From an uncultured Acidobacteriota bacterium (GTDB lineage Bacteria; Acidobacteriota; Vicinamibacteria; Vicinamibacterales; 2-12-FULL-66-21): a stretch of 64,000 nt of DNA. Each line of letters begins with the position of its first letter. Position 1 is the stretch's first letter. The stretch lies in contig CAVOHG010000008.1 in assembly GCA_963695655.1 (NCBI GenBank), positions 909,380 to 973,379 of the forward strand, read 5' to 3'. Below the pieces are notes generated by a model. It was not told where the DNA came from and searched no databases. It saw nothing but the letters and a program-made list of their open reading frames with translations. The position numbers and the translations under genes are program-made. Shown here in pieces: positions 52,859 to 61,094 of the stretch.

Positions 52859-54439
52859 CTATTGCCGCCGTCGCGATGTATCGCCGGTGGACTCGCTCGA
52901 TGCCGGCCGCTGCCGGCCACCTGGAGCGGCGGCCGAAATGTCGGCACCGAGGTCGTGGCGGTCGATGCCGCCGAGCCGATAGGGGGTGCTCGAAGCGAGC
53001 CGGTAATCCTGATCGGCAAAGTTGACGAACTGGCGCGCGAACTCTGCTTCGCTCGGGAACTCGTTACCCGGCGGGTACCGCGTCGCGCGGCCGCCGGCGA
53101 TCACATTGCGTGTGAAGACGGCATCGGGAAAGAACGTATCGAGCGTGTCCTGCCCGATCGCGCGACCCTGCCCATGGACGCCGTTGGCGTTGTGGAGCGT
53201 GAGATTGTTCGTGAAAGTGAAGTCCTCGATCGGCGTCGGGTTGCTGCCCGACCCTCCATACGCGCTGATGATGTCGCCCCTCTGGATGATCGTGTTATGG
53301 TCCACGACGATGTGCATCGGTCCGTTGCCGATCAGCAGGAAGAAGCCGTTCCCTCCCCAGCGCGCCTGATCGAAACTGTAAAACTGGTTGTTCAATATCC
53401 GGATCCGCTGCGCCAGCCCGCTCGGACCTGCGTCGTCGTGGCCGGAGATATTGATCGCGGCCGCAATGTTACGGACCACGTTGAATTGGAAGGTCACATC
53501 CTCGACCACCGCCCAGGACGCCTTCCCCCGTTCACCGCGCGGTGTGAGGACGATGGCGTAGCCCGCCTGCGCACCGGCCCAGTGGTGCTCGAAAACATTT
53601 CGTTCAATCAGGACGCGGCGCGCATTCTTCAGTTCGAGCAGATTCTTGACGTCCCAGCGCTCCTGGCGCCAGGATTCAGGTCGCGTGACATTGTTGCCGC
53701 GAAAGACGACGTCGGAGGGCACGATCCCCGAGATCCCGGGCTCCGCGCCGCCGAGCATGAAGTTCTCTCCCGCAGCTTCCAGGTAGTTGTTCTCGATCGT
53801 GAACGGCCCGGGACCATTCCAGCCGGCAATCGCCTGAGAGTCCTGGGACGCCGATTTGATGTCGGAGATGTACGACCCCCGAACGGTCGTCGACGCACTG
53901 TTCAAGCCGATTCCGCGCTTCTGCCCGTTGTCGGGATCCCCGTGGATGTAGCAGCGGTCGACCGTCAGGTCGTGGGGGACGTCGGACAGTGAATTCTGGC
54001 TCAGGGAGCCGTCGCCCAGATCGATGATCGTCCCGTTGCCTCCCTGGTTGGCCTGAAACTCGAGAAACAGCAGGCGCCAATGATGCGCCCGGGGTTCGGT
54101 GCGCATCGCTGGCTGCCCGTTGGAGGAATGCACCTTGGCGAGCGGCGCCGCGAGCTCGGGCGTCATCCGCCCGCTGCTCGAAACAGGATCTGTGGCGGTG
54201 GCGGTGCGGACGGTGATGACCTGACTGCCCGCTTTCGCCCGCAGGACGAAATTCCCGACGAATGTGGCTCCGGGCGGGAGGGTAATCGTGTCTCCTGGCT
54301 GCGCGCTATCGAGCGCCGCCTGTAAGTCTCCTCCGGCTCGGACCGGGATTGTGTCGGCGAACGCCCCGGGGGCGACGCCGAGACTGAGACTCGCCGCGAC
54401 AAAACAAACTCTGACGGCGGCGAAATGCTGATCAATCAC
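52859..54439 (-). CDS. secreted right-handed beta-helix protein, paralog P3 (minimal architecture)
   Basis: GTG start. GGDLQAALDSAQPGDTITLPPG; HGDPDNGQKRGI; DSQAIAGWNGPGPFTIENNYLEAAGENFMLGG; FFLLIGNGPMHIVVDHNTI. Confidence 0.75.
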   Translation of the reverse strand: MIDQHFAAVRVCFVAASLSLGVAPGAFADTIPVRAGGDLQAALDSAQPGDTITLPPGATFVGNFVLRAKAGSQVITVRTATATDPVSSSGRMTPELAAPLAKVHSSNGQPAMRTEPRAHHWRLLFLEFQANQGGNGTIIDLGDGSLSQNSLSDVPHDLTVDRCYIHGDPDNGQKRGIGLNSASTTVRGSYISDIKSASQDSQAIAGWNGPGPFTIENNYLEAAGENFMLGGAEPGISGIVPSDVVFRGNNVTRPESWRQERWDVKNLLELKNARRVLIERNVFEHHWAGAQAGYAIVLTPRGERGKASWAVVEDVTFQFNVVRNIAAAINISGHDDAGPSGLAQRIRILNNQFYSFDQARWGGNGFFLLIGNGPMHIVVDHNTIIQRGDIISAYGGSGSNPTPIEDFTFTNNLTLHNANGVHGQGRAIGQDTLDTFFPDAVFTRNVIAGGRATRYPPGNEFPSEAEFARQFVNFADQDYRLASSTPYRLGGIDRHDLGADISAAAPGGRQRPASSESTGDTSRRRQ

Positions 54440-54456
54440 TTATTGCTCACTTCGGG

Positions 54457-57429
54457 TTATCCAAATGCTGTGCCAGCGAGAGATGCGCGCGGTGACATAT
54501 ACCAGGGGTCATCCGGCAGCACTAACAGATTAAATCGAGGCGCGCTGGTTGATATCGCGCCCGGAGGTCCGCCGAGTGACCTCCGGGGGGCCGTAGACAA
54601 ATGGGTGCGGTCGAGCGCGAGTGGGTCCGCGACGTCTGGACTGATGTAAGGACCTGAAGCTGGCGCGACCAGGCTCGACGACGCGCCGCCAACCGTCGCG
54701 GTCGTCTGCCCGGTGTTCGACAACCCCTCATCATCGGTCACGGTCAGAAGCACTGGGTAGGTTCCGGGCCGCGCGTAATGATGAGAGGTGCTTGCGCCGG
54801 GCGCCGTGCCGATCGACGCCGGCACGACTGTCGTGTCGTTGCGGGTGGCGCCCGGTGCGGACTGGTAGTACTCGCTCGAGCTGAGGATCAACTGATCCCA
54901 GGCGATCCCGTCTTCGCGCGCCTGGATCCGAATGGTCTGGAAGCCTGACGCCGCGAAATAGATTGGCGGGGCGAGGCTGCCGTACGCGCCGTCATTCCAA
55001 CCCCAGCCCGAGACGCCGACGCCCTGGGCGTCCTCGAGGACGACCGCCATGCCCGACGTCGTACCGATACGCGCCAGGGGTGCTCCGGACTGATCGATCG
55101 CGCCGCTGAACTGCACGTACAGCGAGTCGTTCGAGTAGGAGTTCCCGGCTGCCTGCATCCGCATCCACAGCCGATACGGTACTCCGGCGGCAACCGCAAC
55201 TCGGAACTCCACGAAACTGCTGGGAGCGGCGAGCGCCGTCGTCAGTTTCGCCGCACCGCGATCCGGATTGCGCAGAGCCGTCCCCCCGGCGGCGCCGGCG
55301 ACCGATTCTTTCACCCACGCGGTCCCGTGGACGGCCGCCGCGGGCAGACTGGCCGCACGCACCAGCAGTTCGTCGCCCCATTGCCAGGTGAAATCCACGA
55401 TCGAGCCGTCGGGATCCGATGATGCCGTTCCGCTTACCGGCAGAGCCACACCGGCGAGGCCGGTGTAGGGACCGCCCGGACGTGCAACGGGCGCCTGGTT
55501 GGACGGGTCGGTCGGCGGCGGCGGGGGCGGTGGCGGTGGCGCATCCGTCGAACCCGGGACCCCCGCCATCGCTGCCGACAAGGCGGTAAAATCCACGCCC
55601 GGTGTGCGGCCCGAACAACCAGCGGACGCCACGGCGCTGCCGGCACGGAGCCGGTAGTCCTCGGCCGCGGGATTCTGAAATGACGCGGTCCACTCTGCCG
55701 TCGTGGGGAACGCGTTGGGCTTCGGATAGAGCGATGCCGAGCCTCCGGCCAGCACGTTACAGGAAACCGTTGAACTGGGGAAATAACGGGTGATCGTCGG
55801 TATGCCGGTGGTGGAACCGTCCCCCATTATCCCGTATTTATTGTGGAGCGAGATGTTGTCCGTGTAGACGAAGGAGGGAATCGTCCGCGTGCCGTATGCG
55901 TAAACGACCGAGCTGTTCGTATGCACGAGCGTGTTGTTGTCGATCGTGACCTCGGATGGGCCGTCGCCGATGAGGAACGCCTTGGCCAACCCGCCATACG
56001 TCGTGTTGTTGATGTCGTACATGAGGTTGTTGCGGACGGTGATGCGTTCGGTCCGCAGGGTGACGCCAGTGTCGTCGAACCCTGACAGATTCAGCACCCC
56101 GGCGGCGCGGCGGATCGTGTTGTTCTGGATGACGATGTCGCGTACGCGTGACCACGGCGCAGTATTGGCCGCGTTGCGGGGAGTCAGCACGATGGCGTAA
56201 CCATACTGGCCGGCCGACCAGATGTTTTCGAGGACATTGCCCTCGACCCGCACCCGTTCCGCGTTCTTCATTTCGAGGATGTTCTTCACCACCCACTTCG
56301 TGCCGGAACTGGCGGGTGTCCCGGACAGCTCGGACGCGCCGGTATATGTAAAGCTTGTCGCCGAGGACGGCGTATCGACATACACATTTTCCGCGCCCGG
56401 CGTCGTCGACCGGTAGATTCTGTACCGATCCGCCCCCGTCGTACCCGACCAGCTCAGTGTGACGGCGCGGCCGGCGGGCACTGACAAAGAGACTTCGGTC
56501 GAGGGCGCGGATAGCGCCACTCGAGTGCCCGTCGTCATCACTGCAACGACGCGGAAATAGTGGGTCGCGGCCTTGAGCACTCCCGTACCCGCGAGAGCGA
56601 CTTTGGCAGATCCGGGTGTGGCGAGGATGGCGTTTCGCCACGCGAACGGCTTGGTCAACGTGTTGCGACGCACCGAGATATCGGAGGGGACGAGACCCGT
56701 GATCGCCGGATCGGCGCCGCCAAACAGAATGTTCTCCGCCGCGGCTTCGATGTAGTTGTTGTCGATCGTCAGGGGCCCCGCGCCGTTGTAGCCGACGATG
56801 CCCTGGGAGTCGGCGTTCACCGCCTTGATATCGGAGATATAGCTGCCGAGGACAGAGAGTCGGACGCCATTGAGCGTCAGGCCGCGTTTCTGCCCCTTGT
56901 AGCGATGCCCGTGGACGTAAACGCGGTCGAGCACGACGTCGCTCGGCGGCGCGACCGACGTATCTTCACCGAGTTGAATCAGCGTCTCGTATCCGACGTG
57001 CTCGACACCGTCGAACTCGAGAAACCGCAGCCGGTATCCATGCGCGCCCGGCTCCGCGCGTAACAGGGGCGCCGTCTTGTAGGCGCCGCCTTTGCCGATG
57101 ATTCGAGCGAGCAGCGTTCGCGAGGTATTCGAGGCGGGCCGGTCGTTCGGCACCAGGCGGACACCCGCGGCGGGGAACACCGAATCGGCTGCATCCGACC
57201 GGATATCGATCCAACCCGTTCCGCTCTTCGCCCGGAGCACGAGATGGACGACGAAGGTTTCGCCGGCGCGCAGGAGCACAGTGTCTCCATAGTGGGCCGC
57301 ATCGACGGCCGCCTGCGGACTTGTATAGGTGCACCCGGACGCGCACACGCTAAGGGTGGCCCCCCGCACGGGAGCAACGCAGATGCCCAGAATGCCGAGG
57401 GCAAGCGGAAGCAGCAACCGATGTCTCAT
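54457..57429 (-). CDS. secreted right-handed beta-helix protein, paralog P4 (beta-helix with FN3-like insert, poly-Pro linker, PKD domain carrying a nested lectin/CBM-like domain)
   Basis: 990-aa ORF. Signal peptide MRHRLLLPLALGILGICVAPVRG. DSQGIVGYNGAGPLTIDNNYIEAAAENILFGG. PPPPPPPPP at 55513-55539. PKD halves SSDPDGSIVDFTWQWGD and HHYARPGTYPVLLTVTDDEG flank a copy of the P1 CBM-like domain. Confidence 0.75.
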   Translation of the reverse strand: MRHRLLLPLALGILGICVAPVRGATLSVCASGCTYTSPQAAVDAAHYGDTVLLRAGETFVVHLVLRAKSGTGWIDIRSDAADSVFPAAGVRLVPNDRPASNTSRTLLARIIGKGGAYKTAPLLRAEPGAHGYRLRFLEFDGVEHVGYETLIQLGEDTSVAPPSDVVLDRVYVHGHRYKGQKRGLTLNGVRLSVLGSYISDIKAVNADSQGIVGYNGAGPLTIDNNYIEAAAENILFGGADPAITGLVPSDISVRRNTLTKPFAWRNAILATPGSAKVALAGTGVLKAATHYFRVVAVMTTGTRVALSAPSTEVSLSVPAGRAVTLSWSGTTGADRYRIYRSTTPGAENVYVDTPSSATSFTYTGASELSGTPASSGTKWVVKNILEMKNAERVRVEGNVLENIWSAGQYGYAIVLTPRNAANTAPWSRVRDIVIQNNTIRRAAGVLNLSGFDDTGVTLRTERITVRNNLMYDINNTTYGGLAKAFLIGDGPSEVTIDNNTLVHTNSSVVYAYGTRTIPSFVYTDNISLHNKYGIMGDGSTTGIPTITRYFPSSTVSCNVLAGGSASLYPKPNAFPTTAEWTASFQNPAAEDYRLRAGSAVASAGCSGRTPGVDFTALSAAMAGVPGSTDAPPPPPPPPPTDPSNQAPVARPGGPYTGLAGVALPVSGTASSDPDGSIVDFTWQWGDELLVRAASLPAAAVHGTAWVKESVAGAAGGTALRNPDRGAAKLTTALAAPSSFVEFRVAVAAGVPYRLWMRMQAAGNSYSNDSLYVQFSGAIDQSGAPLARIGTTSGMAVVLEDAQGVGVSGWGWNDGAYGSLAPPIYFAASGFQTIRIQAREDGIAWDQLILSSSEYYQSAPGATRNDTTVVPASIGTAPGASTSHHYARPGTYPVLLTVTDDEGLSNTGQTTATVGGASSSLVAPASGPYISPDVADPLALDRTHLSTAPRRSLGGPPGAISTSAPRFNLLVLPDDPWYMSPRASLAGTAFG

Positions 57430-57470
57430 CGTACTCCTGAAGAAGAGTCTGAACTTGAGACAGCGCTTGG

Positions 57471-57486
57471 TGCATCGGATGTGCCT
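57471..57486 (-). promoter_or_regulatory. candidate sigma-54 promoter for P4-P3 operon
   Basis: Minus strand reads aGGCACatccgaTGCA (GGCAC-N6-TGCA, GG-N10-GC spacing correct), about 45 nt upstream of the ATG at 57429. Confidence 0.6.
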
Positions 57487-57634
57487 GCCGTCGTAAAAGC
57501 ATTACTTACAATGCTTTACTGAAGTCGCGCTGATCTGGCTCGAGGGCTGCGTCCGGTAACGCAACTGAGCCTTATGTAGTACTTACCTCGCCGGGAGAAA
57601 AAGGCAGGACCGCGACGATATACCGATGCGCGAA

Positions 57635-57865
57635 TTAAGCGGCGCGCCGCACAGCCGCCGCGAGACCGATCAGCGCGGTGCCTACGAGCACCATCGCGGC
57701 CTCGTCACGCATTCCGGTGGCAGGAATCCCTACGCGCTGGACGGCTACCGGTGCCGCCGCATTCTCGCGCGGCTCAGCAGCCGCCCCGCGGCCGGCGGCC
57801 GCGACCGAAACGACCGCTGCCGCGGCCAGCACTGCAAACAAGACAACCACGAACTGCCTACGCAT
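57635..57865 (-). CDS. small secreted protein with C-terminal sorting-signal-like tail
   Basis: 76 aa from an internal ATG: MRRQFVVVLFAVLAAAAVVSVAAAG (signal peptide), a short Ala/Pro-rich core, then GIPATG-MRDEAAMVLVGTALIGLAAAV-RRAA. Confidence 0.45.
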   Translation of the reverse strand: MRRQFVVVLFAVLAAAAVVSVAAAGRGAAAEPRENAAAPVAVQRVGIPATGMRDEAAMVLVGTALIGLAAAVRRAA

Positions 57866-57976
57866 GACCCTGTGACCTCTGTCGTTCTCTGAATCGGCCG
57901 CCGGATATTTCCGCGACGCGCGGTGAGGCGACCTCATCGGTAATGCATGCGCTCACGCATCACCAACGTTCGACGC

Positions 57977-57992
57977 TACAAGCGACGTGCCA
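57977..57992 (-). promoter_or_regulatory. weak sigma-54-like site upstream of the small gene
   Basis: Minus strand reads TGGCACgtcgcTTGTa: perfect -24 element, but -12 is TTGT instead of TTGC. About 110 nt upstream of 57865. Confidence 0.3.
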
Positions 57993-58205
57993 GTCACAAC
58001 ACGAACATTAAGGCGCTATCGTGAATCTTGCGCTCCGCGGGCAGTGAGGACGTGGAATACTTTTTCCCAAGTTCGCCCAATCAGAGGATTCCAGGCTGTT
58101 GAGGTACGCTTTTTGAATACAAGTCGTATCCGAGTTGAGACTGTGTTACCTGAACTACCCATCGGCTGGGTCGTACACCCACCATATTTCCCTGCAGGGA
58201 GTTAG

Positions 58206-59720
58206 ATGAAGAACCCCTACGTCGCCATTGTGGACGACGACTCGTCGTTTGCGAACTACTTGCGGACGTTCCTTTCGCTGCGTGGTTACGAAGCTCGGTG
58301 CTACACGCGCGGCGACGAACTGCTCGCATCGATGAAGCAGACCGAGGCGCCAGACGTGATCCTGCTCGACGTCATGATGCCCGGTCTCGACGGCCTCGCT
58401 ACGCTGCGGGCTCTCAAAGCCTCCCGCCCCGAGGCGCAGGTCATCATGCTCTCGGGCCGGAACCAGGCCTCGACGATCGTGGAAGCGGTCCGCCTCGGAG
58501 CGGCTGACTACGTCGTCAAGCCGGACGATCCTGAAGGTCTCGGCGAGATTGCGCTCGACGTGGCGATCAAGAATGCGATCGAGAAGAACCGCCTCGTGAC
58601 CGAGCTCCTCGACCTCCGGCAGCAGCTGAGCGACGACGAGGATCGCGCGGTCTGGGGTAACTCCGAGAAGATGCGGGGGATCGCCACGGTGATCGAGCAG
58701 GTCGCGGATAGCGACGTCACCGTCCTCATCCGTGGAGAGAGCGGCGTGGGCAAGGAGCTGGTGTCGCGCGCCATTCACCAGCGGTCGACGCGACGCAACC
58801 GCCCGTTCGTCAAGGTCAACTGCGCCGCGCTTCCGGCCGAGCTGCTCGAAAGCGAGCTCTTCGGCCACGAACGGGGAGCGTTCACCGGCGCCGCCACGAC
58901 CCGAATCGGAAAGTTCGAACAGGCCGACACCGGCACGCTGATGCTCGACGAAATCGGCGAGATGAAGCCGGCGCTGCAAGCCAAGCTGCTCCACGTTCTG
59001 CAGGACGCCGAGTTCACCAAGCTTGGCAGCAACAAGCGGATCCAGGTCGACGTCCGCATCGTCGCCGCCACCAACCGTGACCTCGAGAAGATGATGCTGA
59101 GCGGCGATTTCCGGGAGGATCTCTATTACCGGCTCAAGGTCATCGAGCTGACCGTTCCGTCGCTGCGCGAGCGCCCTGACGAGGTCCCGACGCTCACCGA
59201 TTTTTTTGTCGCCCGATACTCACGCAAATACAACCGCCCGCTGCGGCCGATCTCGGATGAGCTTCGGCAGCTCTTTCTCCAGTACGACTGGCCGGGGAAC
59301 ATCCGCGAGCTCGAGAACATGATCAAGCGCGTCGTAATCCTCCAGGACGAGCATCTGGTCGTTCACGAGATCCAGCGGAACCTTCAGCGCCACGCGGCCA
59401 TGCAGGTCGCGGCAGTCGCACCCGTGACGATGGCGGCGGCCGTCGGCATCCCGGTCGCGGCAGGCGTTGGTGCGATGCCAGGCTCTTTCGGTCCGCCTGA
59501 GCTCGACACGGAATCGACCGACGAGCCGGAGTCGATTGAAGAAGGGAATGGATCGCTCGCTTCAGTCGCGAAGGCCGCATCGATGAAGGCTGAGCGCGCG
59601 GCGATCGAACAGACGCTCGGGCAAGTGCACTGGAACCGACGCAAGGCGGCTCAGATTCTGGGTGTGAGCTACAAGACGCTGCTCAATAAAATCAAGGAGT
59701 GTGGCATCAGCCGCGCCTGA
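58206..59720 (+). CDS. sigma-54-dependent response regulator (REC-AAA+-Fis HTH), NtrC/PrsR-like
   Basis: REC with DVILLDVMMPGLDG. AAA+ GESGVGKE. GAFTGA loop (ERGAFTGA). HTH NRRKAAQILGVSYKTLLNKIKECGI. An unusual ~70-aa Ala/Val/Pro-rich linker precedes the HTH. Confidence 0.93.
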   Translation: MKNPYVAIVDDDSSFANYLRTFLSLRGYEARCYTRGDELLASMKQTEAPDVILLDVMMPGLDGLATLRALKASRPEAQVIMLSGRNQASTIVEAVRLGAADYVVKPDDPEGLGEIALDVAIKNAIEKNRLVTELLDLRQQLSDDEDRAVWGNSEKMRGIATVIEQVADSDVTVLIRGESGVGKELVSRAIHQRSTRRNRPFVKVNCAALPAELLESELFGHERGAFTGAATTRIGKFEQADTGTLMLDEIGEMKPALQAKLLHVLQDAEFTKLGSNKRIQVDVRIVAATNRDLEKMMLSGDFREDLYYRLKVIELTVPSLRERPDEVPTLTDFFVARYSRKYNRPLRPISDELRQLFLQYDWPGNIRELENMIKRVVILQDEHLVVHEIQRNLQRHAAMQVAAVAPVTMAAAVGIPVAAGVGAMPGSFGPPELDTESTDEPESIEEGNGSLASVAKAASMKAERAAIEQTLGQVHWNRRKAAQILGVSYKTLLNKIKECGISRA

Positions 59721-59733
59721 GCCGTATCGCGAA

Positions 59734-59763
59734 GAGGGAATGATCGTTCGCGATCATTCCCTC
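59734..59763 (+). terminator. hairpin terminator between the two bEBP genes
   Basis: Perfect 13-bp stem gagggaatgatcg / cgatcattccctc closed by a TTCG loop, followed by a moderately T-rich tract (ctgttcttcc). Confidence 0.6.
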
Positions 59764-59894
59764 CTGTTCTTCCCTCTCGTCTACCTACAGTAAGCACCCA
59801 GCTTCCACATTCACTCCCGCTCACCTCCCCGACCACGTCAGTTAGCAGTCGCAACGCCGAGCGTTTTCCATACAACGCGAAACATTTTCTCTCG

Positions 59895-59910
59895 TGGCAC
59901 CCACCTTGCT
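59895..59910 (+). promoter_or_regulatory. sigma-54 (-24/-12) promoter for the second bEBP / EPS export operon
   Basis: TGGCACccaccTTGCt, a perfect TGGCAC-N5-TTGC, 60 nt upstream of the ATG at 59970. Confidence 0.8.
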
Positions 59911-59969
59911 GAACGACGAGCTGTGTACTTTCCCACGTCGACGCGTCGATTCTCCTGGAGCGGCATCCG

Positions 59970-61094
59970 ATGAACGATCGCGACAAGGCCGGCCGCGGCG
60001 AACCTGACGTGCCGGAGGGCGGCGAGCGCCGCCACGGCCGTCCCACGCGTGTCATCGGCGAGCTCCTGGGCACGAGCGACAAGATGCGGGAGGTGCGCGA
60101 TCTCATCGATCGCGTCGCTGACACCGACGTCACCGTGCTGGTGCGTGGCGAGAGCGGCACCGGTAAGGAGCTCGTTGCGCGCGCCATCCACGCCAGCTCG
60201 CCGAGGAAGAACCGCACGTTCGTGAAGGTGAATTGCGCGGCGTTGCCGTCCGAACTCCTCGAATCCGAGCTCTTCGGTTTCGAGCGTGGCGCATTCACCG
60301 GCGCGATTCAGCAGAAACCGGGAAAGTTCGAATTCGCGCACGAAGGGACGATGTTTCTCGACGAGATCAGCGAGATGCATCCGCCGCTTCAATCCAAGCT
60401 GCTGCAGGTGCTTCAGGACGGCGAGTTCGCGCGACTTGGCGGCCGCGAAGATGTCCACGTCGATGTTCGCATCGTCGCCGCCACCAACCGCGATCTCGAG
60501 GTCGCGGTCGCTGACGGCCACTTTCGCGAGGACCTGTTCTTCCGGTTGAACGTGGTCTGCATCACGCTGCCGCCGCTGCGTCAGCGGCGCGACGAGATCC
60601 CCGTGCTGACCGAACGCTTCCTGCGCCAGTACGCGGAGCACTACAACAAGCCCCCGATCACGCTGGCCGCCGAGACGATGCGGCTGTTCGGGGTCTACGA
60701 CTGGCCCGGCAACGTGCGGGAGCTCGAGAACCTGCTGAAGCGGGCGGTCGTTCTTGGTTCCGACGAATCGATCCGTCGTGAGCTTGCGGAAAACATCGCC
60801 GGACGGACGCCCGTGCCGGGAACGATCCCGGCGCTGCAGTCGCGAGCAGAGGTGGACGTCGCGGTCGCGCCGGCGGTGATCGCCGGGGCCGAGGGAGTGG
60901 CGCTGCCTCCCGCGCTCTCGGGGTCGCTCAAGGACATCGCGCGCCATGCCGCGCGCGAAGCCGAGCGCGAACTGATCTATCGCACGCTGCAGCAGACGCG
61001 CTGGAACCGCCGGGAAGCAGCGGAAATCCTGGGCGTCAGCTACAAGGCGCTGCTCTACAAAATCAAGGAAGCGGAGCTCGACAAGGCATCGTGA
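59970..61094 (+). CDS. sigma-54-dependent transcriptional activator lacking a receiver or sensory domain (AAA+-Fis HTH only)
   Basis: Only about 35 aa precede the AAA+ core (GESGTGKE, ERGAFTGA). HTH NRREAAEILGVSYKALLYKIKEAEL. Confidence 0.9.
   Translation: MNDRDKAGRGEPDVPEGGERRHGRPTRVIGELLGTSDKMREVRDLIDRVADTDVTVLVRGESGTGKELVARAIHASSPRKNRTFVKVNCAALPSELLESELFGFERGAFTGAIQQKPGKFEFAHEGTMFLDEISEMHPPLQSKLLQVLQDGEFARLGGREDVHVDVRIVAATNRDLEVAVADGHFREDLFFRLNVVCITLPPLRQRRDEIPVLTERFLRQYAEHYNKPPITLAAETMRLFGVYDWPGNVRELENLLKRAVVLGSDESIRRELAENIAGRTPVPGTIPALQSRAEVDVAVAPAVIAGAEGVALPPALSGSLKDIARHAAREAERELIYRTLQQTRWNRREAAEILGVSYKALLYKIKEAELDKAS

Noticed and set aside
54460-54475. TGGCACagcatTTGGa on the minus strand, just upstream of paralog P3.
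   Set aside because: The -12 element lacks the conserved GC. The site is only about 20 nt from the GTG start and lies within the last codons of P4. It is more likely a chance or relic site, and P3 is probably co-transcribed with P4. It is kept as an observation in the promoter finding only.
54541-54580. 9-bp perfect inverted repeat (ccggaggtc ... gacctccgg) inside the 3' end of P4, suggesting the true stop might be earlier, or a PEP-CTERM tail hidden by a frameshift.
   Set aside because: None of the three frames downstream encodes a hydrophobic-helix plus basic-tail signal. No in-frame stop precedes the hairpin, so the annotated C-terminus is retained, though its last ~60 residues remain unverified.
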